A model generated the notes under the pieces. That model saw nothing but the letters and a program-made list of their open reading frames with translations, was not told the origin of the DNA and searched no databases. The translations under genes were made by a program, and so were the position numbers. From Rhynchobatus australiae (lineage: Eukaryota), in the NCBI GenBank assembly GCA_034780895.1, contig JAUZTB010000042.1, positions 37,719,992-37,783,991 on the forward strand: a DNA stretch of 64,000 nt, in the 5' to 3' direction. Of the stretch, positions 1 to 12,200 are shown one piece after another; within the stretch, counting starts at the first letter, position 1; the number at the start of each line of letters is the position of its first letter.

Positions 1-38
1 ACAATAAATTTGAGCAATGTAGTTCACATTGACAGTAT

Positions 39-280
39 CTACGTATTAACTCTGTAAGGCTGAAAAGTCGGAGTCCTACATTTATCAATGTGTTCATAAG
101 TACTATTGTGGTTCCCTGTGACAGAAACAGAGGGATTCTCGGGTTCTGCTTCAACCTCGGAATCGCTGTCCAATGAGCCTTGAGGATTATGATGAAGAGT
201 TAAAGACAGAGCTGCAGCTGGTTGAATGTAATCAGAATAGGGATCTTGGTGTCTTCTCCACAAGGGTTTTCCAAATGTCC
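39..280 (-). CDS. LRIG3: LRIG3 exon 19 coding part (3'UTR runs off the window start)
   Basis: [16 protein letters not shown]...LDSDSE...[13 protein letters not shown] then TAG at 41-39; acceptor TTATTGCTAG. Confidence 0.92.
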
Positions 281-3200
281 CTAGCAATAAAGAATTGCAA
301 ACATTAAAGAGAACATTGTTCAAAAGCAGCATGAGATTATCCTTTTAAACTGAAAAATTTCAAGCTACTAATCTGCATAATACTATTTAGCTTTAAACAA
401 ATTCTGGATATTAAGCTATGGTTTCTGCAAACAAAAAAAATCTTTGCAATGCATAATTAAACTGAGCAAAAGGCTCATGAGGTAAAATAAAAATAGTACA
501 ATACACAATTATATATTTCACACAAATTCAAATAGGCTCAAAACTCAGGTTCAAACTTAAGCAACAAGATGCTTACATTCTATTTGCCTTACAAGGTCTG
601 TTAAAAAGGTTAAAAACTTTATAGCTTAAGTATTGGAATACTGTTAGAGAAGCTTATGAGCATTATGAACACATCTTAAAAATAATGCTGTTCAATTTTG
701 TTATTGTACAATATCTTACAGGTGTGAATGTGGTTCCAAGTTATTGTTTTTTTTAAAATGTCACCCAAGTTACTTTAAAGCTACCAAAGGGCTAAGTTGC
801 TGAAATGTTAGTGTCCAGTACAAGATTGAGCCATAAAACACTCTTCATGTCCAGTTAAACAGAAAAGATCTGTAACTTTTGTTTAAAAAAGTCCCGAACA
901 GAAGAGGAATCAGGAAGATTCAATGAACCACAGAAGTCACATGTTCTTTGAACATTACCCAAGTTTCTAGTTTAAATTTGGTTTTTGAACTAATNNNNNN
1001 NNNNNNNNNNNNNNNNNNNNNNNNNNNNNNNNNNNNNNNNNNNNNNNNNNNNNNNNNNNNNNNNNNNNNNNNNNNNNNNNNNNNNNNNNNNNNNATTTGG
1101 TTTTTGAACTAATCGATTTCTAACTCAATCTCTTCCCACAGGCAAAAGCTGATGAGAAACATGCACCAACAGAATTGTGACAAAAAGATCTAATTAAAAA
1201 GCAACATCTTGCTTTGCATTATTAAAATACATGATGCTATTTAAGGTATAACTGCTTAATCACACAAATCCAAATTATAGCTCTAAATAGAATTTGAATG
1301 TGCTAGAACTCCCCTGATTGAGTAGCCAATCCTCATAGGTTGCAGTTTATGATGATTTTTAATCAGATTGCTGTGGACATTACATTAGCCTCAAATTTCT
1401 CCAGGCTACAAAAGGAAATATAACAAACTTGCCAGAATTCAGTTATGCATGCGTCCAATTTTGAACACAAAGACGAAGTTGGTCAAAAATTAATGGGGTT
1501 AAGAGCTACCTGAACTATCAAAGCAAATCACAATATTCAAAAATGAGCTTTAGTGCGTAACATATTACCTGGAATAAAACATTCTACATAACAGTAATAG
1601 ATAGAAAAGGAGCACAGCAAATGTTTGATAAAAATATTAAAAATTATGCAAGTAACTTCTGCATCTAACTTTTACAATAATTTCACTAAAAAATCTACCT
1701 ACCACCATACAAGTTATGAGTTGCTGTTAATTTTTCTGGATTCCTGTTTGAAACTGGTATGTCAACAGCAGTCATTTTGTGTAAAGTTTGAACAGAATTG
1801 AAGTTCAAATTTGGGAGCTGCATCATCTTCTTTGCAATAGCTTGGTTGAAGAGGTCTTCAGGGGGCACTTGAGTGAACTGAGAGTACCCTTTCTTTGAAT
1901 AGGTGCTGGAATCATTGTAGGCACCTGCACCAGCTGCCACCTGGTCAGAACTTTCATCTGCTTTGAGAAGCAAATATTAGTCAGGAACTGATGTCTTGCT
2001 ATGATCAACAAATCAATGGAATCCACTCTGTTCACTTAATCAGATCAGTTTGCCTCTAATAGTGAGACTATTTCCATCTGTTACCTCAGATTTGTGGAAT
2101 AGTAGCGAAAAGCTGCTAAAGGATGAACTGAACTTTGTGAGAAAACACAGACAGCAGGGTTTTGGGTGACTTCAAGTTTTGCAGTGTGAAACAAAGGAGA
2201 TCAACTGAGAGTAGTCATGTCCTGGAGGTAACAGTTACAGATAAGGACTTCAGCAGATGAAGAGGTGGGATAGAGTCAGACAATTCCATGGAGGGAGGTA
2301 GATAAATGCATTTCTAGTGATAAGCACGCAGTTGGAAGGTGTCAGAGTTTGTATTGTTAAGAGCATAGAAACGGGCACTAAATACATATCCATACTAATC
2401 CTATTTGCAAAAACTAACCCTGTAGCCTACCATGCCTTGGTGAATCAAGTGCTTGTACATATAGATATTGCAAATGTGTTTCTACCAACTTTCCAGGCAG
2501 CACGCTCCTGATTGCAACCACTCTTCAGTTTTCCTCGAAGCCTCTTACTCTCCATCTTAAACCAATGCCCTCTTGTCTAAAAGGTACATCTACCATGGGG
2601 AATTCAATACAGGCACAACCCTCCCACCGGAGGACATCTTTAAGAGGTGGTGCCTCTAGGTGACAGCATTCTTCATTAAAGACCCTCACCCTCATTACAA
2701 CCATCAGGGTGGTGGTACAGGTGCCTGAAGACCCATATTCAATGATTTAAGAACAGCTTCTTCCCTTCTGCCATCAGATTTCTGAACAGTCCAGGAACAC
2801 TTTTTTTTAAAAGCACTATTTTGTAATTTTTAGTAATTTTGTACTTGCACTGTACTGCTGCCACAAAACAAATTTAACGATATACAAGTCAGTGATCATA
2901 AACCTGATTCTAATCAGGGTTGCAAAATCTGTTTCAGACTTTAATTGCCAAGAAGAGGAATGGAATTGATGCAAAGGAAATAATTTGAGGTGGGGATCAA
3001 AAGTTTGTGCTCATATTTTTGTTGGACAAATAGATGAAAAACTTAGAGGGAATGGAGTGGATGGGGTAAGAGAAGCAGAGGTGAGATAGAGCTTGGTGTT
3101 GACAGCTCACGAAGAAAAAGGTGTGCTTTGGATCTTGCTGCCACAGTACAGCATACAGATGAGAAACAAACACCTCAACAATATATCCTTGAGTATAATA

Positions 3201-6200
3201 GAACAATATGATAAGAATGGAAGTGCAGCCCCATCCAGTTAGACAATGGGGTCAAGTTGCAAGAGTGTTCAGCTGTGGCAAAGGGTGCAGAAATGTTATG
3301 AGAAAGATGTTTTCATCTTTGTCATCATCATTCAGGATGTCATTTATGACCAAGAAATGTTTTGGTCCCCTTCTGGTTAGGGGCAGAAATCTGTTTGGAG
3401 GTATTCAAATTATTTCACATTTTTCAACTCAAGGCTGAAGTAACAAAAGAATTTGCAGACAGAACAAAAAGGGCAAAAAATTTCAGGTGTTGGTTTAGGA
3501 AGTTTCAGGTCTCAACATAAAACTTTAATTGAAAAATAAAATGGTGCAAGTCTAAATGATTATCCTATATACACCTATAATATTGTTCAGTAAACTACCG
3601 CCATAACTGCCAAAACCTTATTTGCAGTGGTGAATTTCAATGTAAAGTGACAAATCCATAAATCCAAAAAAAGAAAGTTACTTTCAAATTCTTCAGTTAA
3701 AAATATTTGAAACGAGTGGAAAATATGAGTATTACGGCATAGGTTAACCATCAACACCATAATGTGTACCAGGAGTATCACGGCTGCTGAGATTACCATG
3801 GCAGTTGTAACCTGGACGAGTTTCCTGCAAATGCAGCACTGCCCATAACCTTCCTTTTAATTCAACTCATTTTGTTTGGACAATCTCAGGAAAAAAAGCA
3901 AATGTTCAAATATTTAACTTGCTTACCTTGATTGCTGATTCTATCCAGTGTTTCAGTATCATATACAATTCCTCCAGCATACATTGTGGCTGCACGGACT
4001 GATTTATGATAAACTAGTGGATCAGATATACCTTCTATGTCAGTGTCACTTCCGTTGTCAATGTGACAGAGATCTTAGGGAAAACAAGGAGACACTTTAT
4101 AAAACCAAACTGAACTACAATATATTTCAATTCCTAAAAACTTTCTGCACATCACAAACCTTAAAAACTTGCTGTATTGATATCATATTCAATGTCTTTT
4201 GTTATTTCATATCAGAGTAAAGGAGTCACTGGGAAGACAAGTGTTTATCACCCATCCTTAACTGTGCTAATTTCTTGTGAAGATACTCTCTCAATGCTGA
4301 TGGCAAGAAAGTTCCAGGATTTAGTACCACTGACACTGAAAGAACAACATATTTCCAAGTTAGCATTGTGCACAACTTGGAGGAATATGCCGATGCAGGC
4401 AATAATATCCCCATGGACTTTAAGTCCTTATCCTTTTTGATGGCAGAAGTCACNNNNNNNNNNAGGTTTGAGAGGTGTTCTCACTGAAGCAAATAGTTTG
4501 CTCACTGAGAAGGCAGGACTGTCTACATAGACTGCAGCAGTCAGTTCTATCAATACTATTATGGACTGATGTACCCATCACAGCGAGATTGACGATGCAA
4601 TCCAATTGTTTAACCCGAGTGTTGGTTCACTCACTACCTGCTGCAGAAATAAAATTGGCAGCCAGGATTCAGCATCACCACTGTGGGAGCTGGCCATTAG
4701 ACCACTTGGAGATAGATGTTTATGTCCCCCACCCAGACTACATTCCATGCATTTGCTACTTTCAAGTGCTTCTCAAAGTGTTGCTCAACATGGAGTACCA
4801 ATTCATCAACTTTGCAAGCACACTGATGGCAAACAGGAAGTTCTCTTTTGCCCATGTTTAACCTGAAGCCAAGACATTACGAGGTCTGGACTCAAATGTT
4901 GAGGACTTCCAGGGTTACTCCCTCTGATCTGTATATCATGGTGTCCCTTCAGTTTGGAAGGTCCTGGCAAGGAGGGCAGGATTGTGATGAACAAATCTGA
5001 TACGTCATCTGTAAGCTATGATGTTGCAAGTGTGACTATGCCAGGATGTTGCTTGATTAGGCTGTGGGACAGTTCTCTCAATTTTGATGCCAGCCTCCAG
5101 GTGTCTGGAAGGAGGACTCTGCAAGGTTGATTATGCTAGCATGATTAAATTTGGTGCCCAGGTCAATGCTAGCTAGTCCATTGATTATGTTTATTTTGTG
5201 GACACGAGATCACTTTTCATCCATCAGACTGCCAGCGAAATCCTTCCGTGTGTTTGCAAATATCAATACACACAAAATATAATAATTTTGAGTAGAGGTT
5301 GGTTGGAACCTGGACTTGTAAGTTTACAAACCATTAAAGCATGTGTTTGTTTACATTGCAAGTGAGGGAATTGTCACCAAATAAAGTTATTTTCAAAGCT
5401 CACCATCACTTCCTCTGTGTTGGAGTAAATATCCATTCATAGAACCAGTCATAAGCTGATGGTGACTGCCAGCTTCTGATCGCCCATATCCTTCCTGATG
5501 ATCCGACAGTGTTCCCTGGGNNNNNNNNNNNNNNNNNNNNNNNNNNNNNNNNNNNNNNNNNNNNNNNNNNNNNNNNNNNNNNNNNNNNNNNNNNNNNNNN
5601 NNNNNNNNNNNNNNNNNNNNNNNNNNNNNNNNNNNNNNNNNNNNNNNNNNTTAGTTCCTTTCAAGACACAGATGGTTCAATTATTTATGCCAAATGTTAC
5701 CAATTATTGAACAAAAGTAATCAGGTCACTTTGTAAACTTAATTCTAACTTACTATAGAAATTAAAATTTTGTATAGTTCTTTTGCAGTAACTACCCAAT
5801 TATTTTTGAAAAACATTAAGCATTAGACAAAACCTAAATCATATAATTTTTCAGTTGAGGAAAATATTAACATTCAAAAATTCAGTGCATGACTTGTCTA
5901 CATGTAGCACCGAGCTCTGGAGACCAAGATCCCATGGGCAAAGTACTAACTCACTGTCTTAGTCAAACTCACCGAGAAAAATGGACAAAATTGCCTTCAG
6001 GACTCTAAGCTTAAGAGCTGGTGATGGTGGTGGCGAGTAGAGTTAAGGGAGGGCTGAATGGTGGTGGGGGGATGGTTGTTCCTAATTAACATTATTCAGC
6101 CATGGATTAGTGGAGACATAAATGGAAGGCAGGACAGGAGGGACAGTAACTCTTCACGCAGCTTAACAGTGAAATACACAAGTCACACCTTCCTAATGGA

Positions 6201-9200
6201 AAGAAAAATGGAGTATGAGGAATAAAAAGCAAAGATGAAGACTCCAGCACTGCAATTGTATAGAGAAAAATGAACTACAATTGGTAGTCACTTGAAAATG
6301 TCATGCACTTCAAATCCAAAATGTTCAAATCCAAAACCCCAACGTAAATATTTCTCAGATAGGAGACTGCAGATGCTGCAACTTTGAGTAAAAACAAACT
6401 GCGGGTCAAGTAGCAAAGGGATAGTTGACATTTTAGGTTGTGACCCCTTCAAATTTACATTATTGTAAGGATGCTTTAAAGAAACAGTTCTGCTTAATGA
6501 GTTGAGCACCAATATACCTCAAGCTTGGGAATAAATGCAGAACATGCTTTTGTTTTTATAATGCTACAGTGAGTCATAAACATAGGTTCACGTGATGAAA
6601 ATTACCCTGGGATCGTTTCATATAAAGGGTGGGTGGGGGACAGTACTAACGAAGGGAAACAAAACATTCTAGGAAAAAATTACTGCTTCCCTTGATAGCT
6701 CAGCAGTTTAATCCAGCAAATAGCTAAACTATACGTGTCTAAACCTTAGCTCAATCACTGATCCATGCTGGCTTTAATGATTTCAGTAGAAATAATGAAA
6801 GGAACACAATCAGTCCCTGGATACTTGAGGGAAAAAACAAATCAGCCAGGATTCTTTTTCGTGTCAACTGGTGGCCCATCAAATATTCATGTCTGAACAT
6901 GAAATTAAGACAACTAAATTGGATTGTAATACTTACTGCAGTTGAACAACATGACAATACTTAAATATCGGGTCCCACTAACAGATGACAACCACTTTGC
7001 TTTTAGCATTCATTTAATTACTGAAGCTGAAGGCAGGAGTCAGGAGGGGGAGGGGGGCAGGGAGCCAGCAAATATTTTCATTTGAAGTTAAATATTTTGC
7101 ATTGATTTCATTTCTATCTTTCACTTGAAACTCAGGAATGGAAAAAGTCTGTTTTTATGCTTAAAATTCACACCTGTGTTTGTCACGCTGCAGTCCTCAC
7201 TCTTCCTCCTTGTATGGTAAATAATAACCACCCAAACCAAAGAAGTGCCAACCACACAGCAGACCACTGCTATGATAACAATTCCAATGGTAGACCATCC
7301 ATCCTCTTCAAATGGTGCAGCACTTTGTGTAGAGTCACAGTTCGGTGTAGGAATGACATTCAGGCGAATGTGGCCTCGCTCAGTTCCGAGGGTATTTGAC
7401 ATTTCACATGTGTATTTCCCAGCATCATCCAGATTACTGTCTACAATAATCAACAGCTGATTTCCAGCAGCAAAGAAGTGTCTTTCAGTTACTGATAAAG
7501 GACTATCATCTTTGGTCCAGTTCAGTTTTGGAGGAGGACTCCCAGCTGCTATGCATTGCAGAACTGCAGTTTCACCTTTTGCCACCGTTTTATCAACGAG
7601 AGGACGCACAAATGAAGGTGTTTCTGTATTGAAAGTCATTTGAGATTAATTTTTATATTTTTACTTGCATAGTTTTATCTTTAATGTTAATAAAAGCAAA
7701 ATATACATTGTAAAAATCTTCATTACTGTGTAGACAAAGTACAAAAATAATATCCAAGCTCAATATTTTAAGATTCAAAACATAGTATATTTTCAACTGG
7801 CATAAAACTACAATTTAAAATTTCTGTTCCACTCAAGTCAAATGACAACATTATATTTGGACTCACCTAATACAGTTAGCGTCGCATTGGCTGAAATAGC
7901 TCCAGCGCTATTTTGAGCAGTGCAACTATAAATTCCAATGTCCTCTATTTTCACATCTACAATAAAAAATACATCATCTTCTGGCATAACATGCATCCTT
8001 CGCTCTCGTGCAGCAGGAAAGTCAGTACCACCGTCTTTCTGCCAAGCTATCTGTGGTGTAGGATGCCCAACAGCAGCACATTCTAAACGGGCCATAGCTC
8101 CTGCTCGAATAGTGAGGTCTGTTGGTGACTTTGTGAATGACGGTAACACTGCAAAGCACAAAAAAATAACGAATTACTAAATGGTCTGTTGGTGTGTCTG
8201 CTGTACACCTCAATTCTACACAAGACCACAGCTCAACTTCTCAACTACAAATAGCCTAATGAAATGGAAAGTGTTGGAAACATAGGTTCAAGAGAAAGAC
8301 AGGTAATGATGTTTCAAAAGTCAGGTAGTGGCATTCTCAGCATTGTAGTAAAGAAATTTCTTTGAATACTTGGTGGGGGCATTTTATTGATTGTCTTTAA
8401 ACACACCTACATGTCTATTCTATCTGAACCATTTACACATATAGAAGGCTATGAGATGACTCTGTTTTCATTTTTTTTCAAGAGACCACCGTCTTCATTA
8501 TTTGCTGATACATATACCCTTTCAAGTGTGTCCCTGATTAAAAACATTCCAAACTATAATTCCAAAATTGATTTGCAGCTCAATACTTACTATTCACAGT
8601 CAGCTTGGCTTTGTTGGAATAGGATGAACCAAAGTGGTTGGAAATGACACATTGGTATTTTCCTTCACTGCTGAAATTTACATGTCGAAGACGCAAGATG
8701 GTAGTATATTCCATTACTTCACCACCTTGAGATCGAAGATGTGCATAGTTCTCAATCTCAGCATCATGAAGCACTTCATTGTCTTTCTTCCAGGCAAATG
8801 TCATTGGAGAATCACTGCTGCTGGCTGCTGAGCAGATGAAGCTCACATTTGAATCCTTTACAGCTGCTTGTGTTTCAGGCTGCTCAATGATCTCAGGTTT
8901 GGGAAAGTCATCTGTGAGGAATTATTTTTCAGTAAGTTTTAAGTTTGGCAAAAATAAAAACTTGTGCAGAAATAACATAAGTAATATCAATAGAAAGCTA
9001 TTTTTTGCAGTGTTTGGATTAACAAAACAGTTGGAATCATTCACATTGATCACACATTTATCTTTGCTTAAGTGATTTAGAAGATTTAATTTGCAATTTT
9101 TTTTAAATGCAAAGCTCATAACTCACCACATACAAAATCTTCCGGTTTAGTGGCAAATATACTTTTTCCTTTCAGCCACTGGGGATGGGCACAACTCGCA

Positions 9201-12200
9201 TTAATGAAAGGTTGAAATCCATGGTCTATTGCCCACTGGTGCAGCCATTTCAACTGACAATCACAAAGGAGGCTTGAAGTATTCAAGTATCTGAGAAATA
9301 AGTGCTCAATATTACTCAGCTGGAATGAGGTAAAAAGCCAAAGAAAAAAAAAATCAGTCTGCATTGAACTGCACAAGCAGGATTTTGGATTTCTCTTGCA
9401 GCTTTACATAACATCTAAAATAGTTACACCCACTTCATGTTACAGAAAGTCTGCAAGTATCTCACTCACAATTCATGAAGTTTCTTCATCTGAGAAAAGG
9501 TGTTGCTCTGGACAGACATGATTGCATTATTGCTCAGATCACTGGAAAAAATAGAAAATGGTACACTAATTAAAAGTAACATCCTCCACAGGTTTCTATT
9601 AACTTTAAATATCTATATCAGTAAATTTTAATTCAATTACTGTTGCCCAATTTAAGATTGGGCATAAAAGTTATTAATTTATTCATAAGTACCTTGCTCT
9701 GCCAAAAGGCCCTAAACCATCAATATACTTGTGCGATAACCAAAATTAAAGCAAACAGGTAATTAGCTTAGGTCATGTTTTCACCTCTATTTTTATGCAT
9801 CATACTCAATGCAAAAATTACAACTTATTTATCGATACATAAGCACAAGTTTACAGCTGATTGTGCCTCAAGTCTACCACCATGTCTCCTGACCACTAAA
9901 TGACCAAGAACTTATTGATCTGTCTTATTTATATTCAACAACTTAGTACCCTCCAAGTAAGAGGAATCCAAAGATTTGCAACTTTCCTGATAGACAAATT
10001 ACTCATCTCAGCCTAACCCTAACTTGAAACTATGCCCTCTAGCTCTGGACATTCCAAAGGAAAGAAACATTATATCCTCAGTCCATCCTCCTTAGATCAT
10101 TGCATATCAAGGTCACTTCTCATTCTTCTAAACTTCTGACTAAAAGGTCAGATTTCTTCAGTTGCTCAACCACCGCATCCCCCCCCCACCCCCAACATAT
10201 TCCAGGAATTGATCTTGTAAATCTATATGGTTGAGATGCGAACTCCACAGAGTAGCTCAAATATGGCCTCAAAGTCAATTGACTTAAGTGCTCAACACCA
10301 TCTGTGCTAGAATTCCAGAATACTTACAGATGTTCAAGTGCATCCAGACCAGAAAATGCTTTCCGTGTGATTGATCTGATTCTGTTTCCTTGTAATCCCC
10401 TGGTGAATAAGCATTTAATTTAATAAGAAAGAAACCAAAACGGGCATATTTAAATACAATGAGGAATAAGTAGCAGTATCAATTTTTCACCAACTAAAAT
10501 CTCCCTTTTTAACAGTACACTTTTTGCCAAATGATCAAAACCCTTTGCAAAATATCACTAGAGCATTGTGGTATTGACAGTTAAAAGTGGTCAATTTTGA
10601 AACTAAAATCTACCGAGCAAATCTATGATTTGAAATCCAACTTTATCACAAGCCTTGTTTGCTCTGATCAGTCAGATTTGGACATTTTTGCCTGACTTTA
10701 TTATTCCGGTACAGTCTTGACCTTTAACTTTAGGTTTTCAAAGCAGTGCTGGGGCTCTAAACCCACTCCACCCCCCCCCCCCCCCCGCCATTCCAATAGC
10801 ATTGAATTGTATGGCTTTTTCAGGCTGCCCTGATCAAAGTGCATCCTCAAGCATATTTCCCTTCCTCATCCCACAGAGTATTGGATTCTCAAAATTTTCC
10901 ACACCAAAGGGCTCACTGAACCTGAAATAATCCTCTTCAACATTCTGAAGTCACTTCTTGATCTAACTTTGCACATAAACAAAGCTCACATGCACAAAAC
11001 ACTGAATCACGTAGGATGTCTCCATTGGAGAAAAACTAAAGATCACTTACAATTTCCTTAGTTTGCTCAATTCAGAGAAAGCCCCATTCATATCTTCAAT
11101 AGTCCATGAGATTTCATTATTTTTCAGGTCTCTGTCAAGTGTTTTGGGAGGGGGCAGGGCAATGGGCAAGGTGTGGGGAATAGGAATGAAGAGAGAATAA
11201 GCATTTTACAAAATACTGATTTTTAATTTCAGTCAACTTGACAAATCCATATTAAAAAGAGAACTCATCTGTTTCAACAGATCTGTGTCATATTTTATAT
11301 TATGTTACCAAATTTTATGTCACATGCTACAATATATTGAAGACACAAGATTTACCTTCATCTTTATCAAGTTTTGGGTAAAGGTAATCAGTCATAAACA
11401 GCACTTTTTGTTTTTGAAACAAAACTGCTTATGAAAGCTTCTACTGTCTTGGAGGCATTTTGAAAGTCCTTCCAATCCACAGTTGGTAATTAATCTCCAG
11501 AATCAATAGTTATTCAGAAAACAGCTCGATTGTATAGATTCTTATTAATTCTTGTTGTAAAAATCCATCCATAATTGCAACAACTTGAATTTCAACAACT
11601 CAGTTTCTACCATTGACATCTCAGCTACTCTACTCTGCTGGGCTGGTTAGTTGAAAAGGTCAGTCCCTCAAGTAACCTTCATTAGTTCCAGTTATACAAT
11701 TGCACTTCAATGGGACTAGGATTATTCCATCCCCATCACTGCCAAAAAGAGGTTTCAAGCTTTCAAAACTACACTATTTATGTTCAATTGGCACTTTTCA
11801 AATTTAGTTATGGGCAATTTTATCTACAGGTCTGTATTCAATGGATAAAGAGTTTTCAAACTACTCTAGATGCAGAAAATATATATCAGATGGGATAAAA
11901 TGGTTGTACATAATACTGCTGGCCTGCAGANNNNNNNNNNNNNNNNNNNNNNNNNNNNNNNNNNNNNNNNNNNNNNNNNNNNNNNNNNNNNNNNNNNNNN
12001 NNNNNNNNNNNNNNNNNNNNNNNNNNNNNNNNNNNNNNNNNNNNNNNNNNNNNNNNNNNNNNNNNNNNNNNNNNNNNNNNNNNNNNNNNNNNNNNNNNNN
12101 NNNNNNNNNNNNNNNNNNNNNNNNNNNNNNNNNNNNNNNNNNNNNNNNNNNNNNNNNNNNNNNNNNNNNNNNNNNNNNNNNNNNNNNNNNNNNNNNNNNN

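Larger units (their letters stand above)
2130..3200 (-). mobile_element. Old L2-like LINE relic interrupted by CR1 and Rex1-like fragments
   Basis: Decayed YADDTQLYL-like coding sequence near 3083-3110 (minus), with a downstream L2-type segment at about 2130-2345. Recognised from memory and highly diverged. Confidence 0.45.

Noticed and set aside
1-10. AATAAA at positions 3-8 as the LRIG3 polyA signal
   Set aside because: It is on the plus strand, the wrong strand for this gene.
7013-7173. Read-through of the exon 15 donor giving a short-tailed isoform with intronic ATTAAA
   Set aside because: The donor CAG|GTGTGA is adequate, and a short open extension plus a hexamer in AT-rich DNA is expected by chance. 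There is no transcript evidence.
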